A stretch of 64,000 nucleotides of DNA, from NCBI GenBank assembly GCA_039026915.1, contig JBCCLJ010000004.1:1650-65649 (forward strand), read 5' to 3'. The DNA is from Acidobacteriota bacterium (GTDB lineage Bacteria > Acidobacteriota > Thermoanaerobaculia > Multivoradales > Multivoraceae). This document shows positions 62,496 to 64,000 of the stretch, piece after piece. The translations under genes were made by a program, and so were the position numbers. Positions within the stretch are counted from its first letter, which is position 1; each line of letters starts with the position of its first letter. The notes beneath the pieces are model-generated. The model made no database searches and was not told the origin of the DNA. It saw only the letters and a program-made list of their open reading frames with translations.

Positions 62496-64000
62496 TCAGC
62501 TCCCCAGACGACGGACGGCGAAGCCGGCCAGCAGCAGGGCGAGGAGCAGAAGTCCCCAGTTGCTGGCTGTCGGAATCGCGTAGAGACCGGCGCTACCGAA
62601 GAAGCCGAAGTCGAGCGTCAGGTTCGAATCCGGATCGAGGGCGTTGCCCGGGACCCCGGGCTCGCCGGCGGGCTCGACGCCGTAGTCGAGAACGACCGGG
62701 TTGCTCTGTAGCCCCGTGGTCGCCGCGTCCGCAACGTCGACACCGTTGTCGTTCTGATCGCCGTTGGCGTTCGGGTCGTTCTCTTCGAAAGGCCCGTTGC
62801 TGCTGGTGAAGTCCACCAGTGCACCGCCCGGTCCGAAGTTCGAGGCCTCGACCTCGACGATGTAGGTCCCCGGGACGAGTCCGTCGAACAGGTAGTTGCC
62901 GCTGCCGTCGGTGACGACGCTGAGCGGCAGACCGTTGCTGTCGGTGATCGGCGCGCCGGTGTCGTCGAGCAGGTTGAGCACGACGCCCGGGATTCCTGGC
63001 TCGCTCCCGCTCTGCACGCCGTCGTTGTTCGAATCGAGCCACACGAGGTTGCCGATCGAGAGCGGCTGGAAGAGCCCGAAGTCCACTGTCAGGTTGGAGT
63101 CCTCATCGGCTGCGGAGCCCGGGCCCGGTCCGGGCTCGCCCGTCGGCTCGGCGCCGTTGGAGAGAAGGACGGGCCCGCTCGAGATGCCGTTGGACACTGG
63201 ATCGAGGTCGTCGAGTCCGTTGTCGTTGGTATCGAGATCGTTGTTCGGATTGGCTTCCGTCGGTGTGGAGCTCACCAGATTCTGGAGAGGCCCGCTCGCG
63301 AAGTTCGAGGGATCGAGCTGCACGCTGTAGGTACCCGGCATCAGTCCGTCGAAGAGGTAGAAGCCCGAGCTGTCGGTCGTCGTCGAGGCGATGACCGTGC
63401 CGCCCGCGTCGAGGAGGTTGACCAGAACGCCGCTGATCCCGGGCTCGCTACCGTCCTGCGTGCCGTTGTTGAGCGCGCCGCCGCCGCGACCGTCGTCGAG
63501 GAAAACCCGGTTACCGAGCGAAAGCGGGCCCGGAGTCGCCACGGTGACGACCGACGGATCGAGATCGTCGTGATCGGGTCCGTCCGAGGTGTCGTCATCG
63601 ACCTCGTTTGGATCCCCTCCCGGTCCGAGATCCATGTCGGAATCAGAGTCGGTCACCGGGTTGCCCGAGTCGTCCTGAAGGTCGGTCACCTCGGCGTAGT
63701 TCACGAAGGTACCCGCCGTGATGAAGCCGTTGGCCGTCAGCGTGATGTTGACCTGTGCCTGGCCGCCCGGAGCGATCGGTCCGGCGACCGTCGTCGCTAC
63801 CGGACCGGCCGGCGCGCCGCTCCAAGGAAAGGCATTGGTGGCGGCGAGCGTGAAGCCAGCAGGGATCGAATCGGTGACCGTGACGTTGGTCACCGGCTCC
63901 GTGCCCTGGTTGAAGACCGTGATGGTGAAGGTGACGTCCTCGCCCGGCAGGATGGTGGCCGGGGTCGGGTTGTTCTTGACGAGCGCGACGTCATAGACGC
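62496..64000 (-). CDS. surface protein with DUF11 repeat, two SdrD-B-like repeats and an IPTL-CTERM sorting signal; 5' end is outside the window
   Basis: The ORF track starts at an internal GTG (63893), but the frame stays open to 64000 (...VYDVALVKNNPTPATILPGEDVTFTITVFNQGTEPVTNVTVTDSIPAGF, a DUF11 repeat). GNRVFLDDG...GISGVLVNLLD...TTDSSGFYLFDGLMPGTYSV and a second copy GNLVWLDSNNDG... C-terminus YAIPTASNWGLLLLALLLAGFAVRRLGS. Confidence 0.85.
   Translation of the reverse strand, partial: VYDVALVKNNPTPATILPGEDVTFTITVFNQGTEPVTNVTVTDSIPAGFTLAATNAFPWSGAPAGPVATTVAGPIAPGGQAQVNITLTANGFITAGTFVNYAEVTDLQDDSGNPVTDSDSDMDLGPGGDPNEVDDDTSDGPDHDDLDPSVVTVATPGPLSLGNRVFLDDGRGGGALNNGTQDGSEPGISGVLVNLLDAGGTVIASTTTDSSGFYLFDGLMPGTYSVQLDPSNFASGPLQNLVSSTPTEANPNNDLDTNDNGLDDLDPVSNGISSGPVLLSNGAEPTGEPGPGPGSAADEDSNLTVDFGLFQPLSIGNLVWLDSNNDGVQSGSEPGIPGVVLNLLDDTGAPITDSNGLPLSVVTDGSGNYLFDGLVPGTYIVEVEASNFGPGGALVDFTSSNGPFEENDPNANGDQNDNGVDVADAATTGLQSNPVVLDYGVEPAGEPGVPGNALDPDSNLTLDFGFFGSAGLYAIPTASNWGLLLLALLLAGFAVRRLGS

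Noticed and set aside
62616-62628. GGTTCGAATCCGG, a tRNA T-loop-like word
   Set aside because: No complementary acceptor stem (CCCTCGA) about 60 nt upstream and no D or anticodon arms. It lies inside the IPTL-CTERM CDS, on the opposite strand (minus-strand codons there encode LDPDSNLTLDFG).

Overview
High-GC bacterial chromosomal segment, with no rRNA, tRNA, CRISPR array, transposase or integrase that I could see. I support about 40 protein-coding genes. The many long ORFs in other frames look like GC-driven shadow ORFs. Content is mostly envelope, secretion and scavenging functions: three S9 peptidases, gamma-glutamyltransferase, an epoxide-hydrolase-like hydrolase, GST, MsrA, a PI-PLC/GDPD lipoprotein, a sulfatase-like enzyme, an SGNH hydrolase, two GT-C-like membrane proteins, an MMPL transporter, and an RND efflux operon with a minimal K+ channel. 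Regulators include an ECF sigma factor with a degenerate kinase partner, an active Ser/Thr kinase and a sigma-54 activator. Most interesting to me are six things. (1) The imuA-imuB / dnaE2 mutagenesis cassette is split by about 8.6 kb, and both halves carry the same direct-repeat promoter element. (2) Two tandem ~1000-aa secreted paralogs share an unusual domain architecture. (3) A compact sigma-54 unit drives a secreted protein with an (xDRR)n repeat. (4) A TolC-like outer-membrane factor is fused to a periplasmic-binding-protein domain. (5) A nucleotidyltransferase pair has no canonical start codon. (6) Several genes appear frameshifted. Taxonomy cannot be decided from the sequence alone. 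Everything here is by-eye reading and motif recall; no database search was run.
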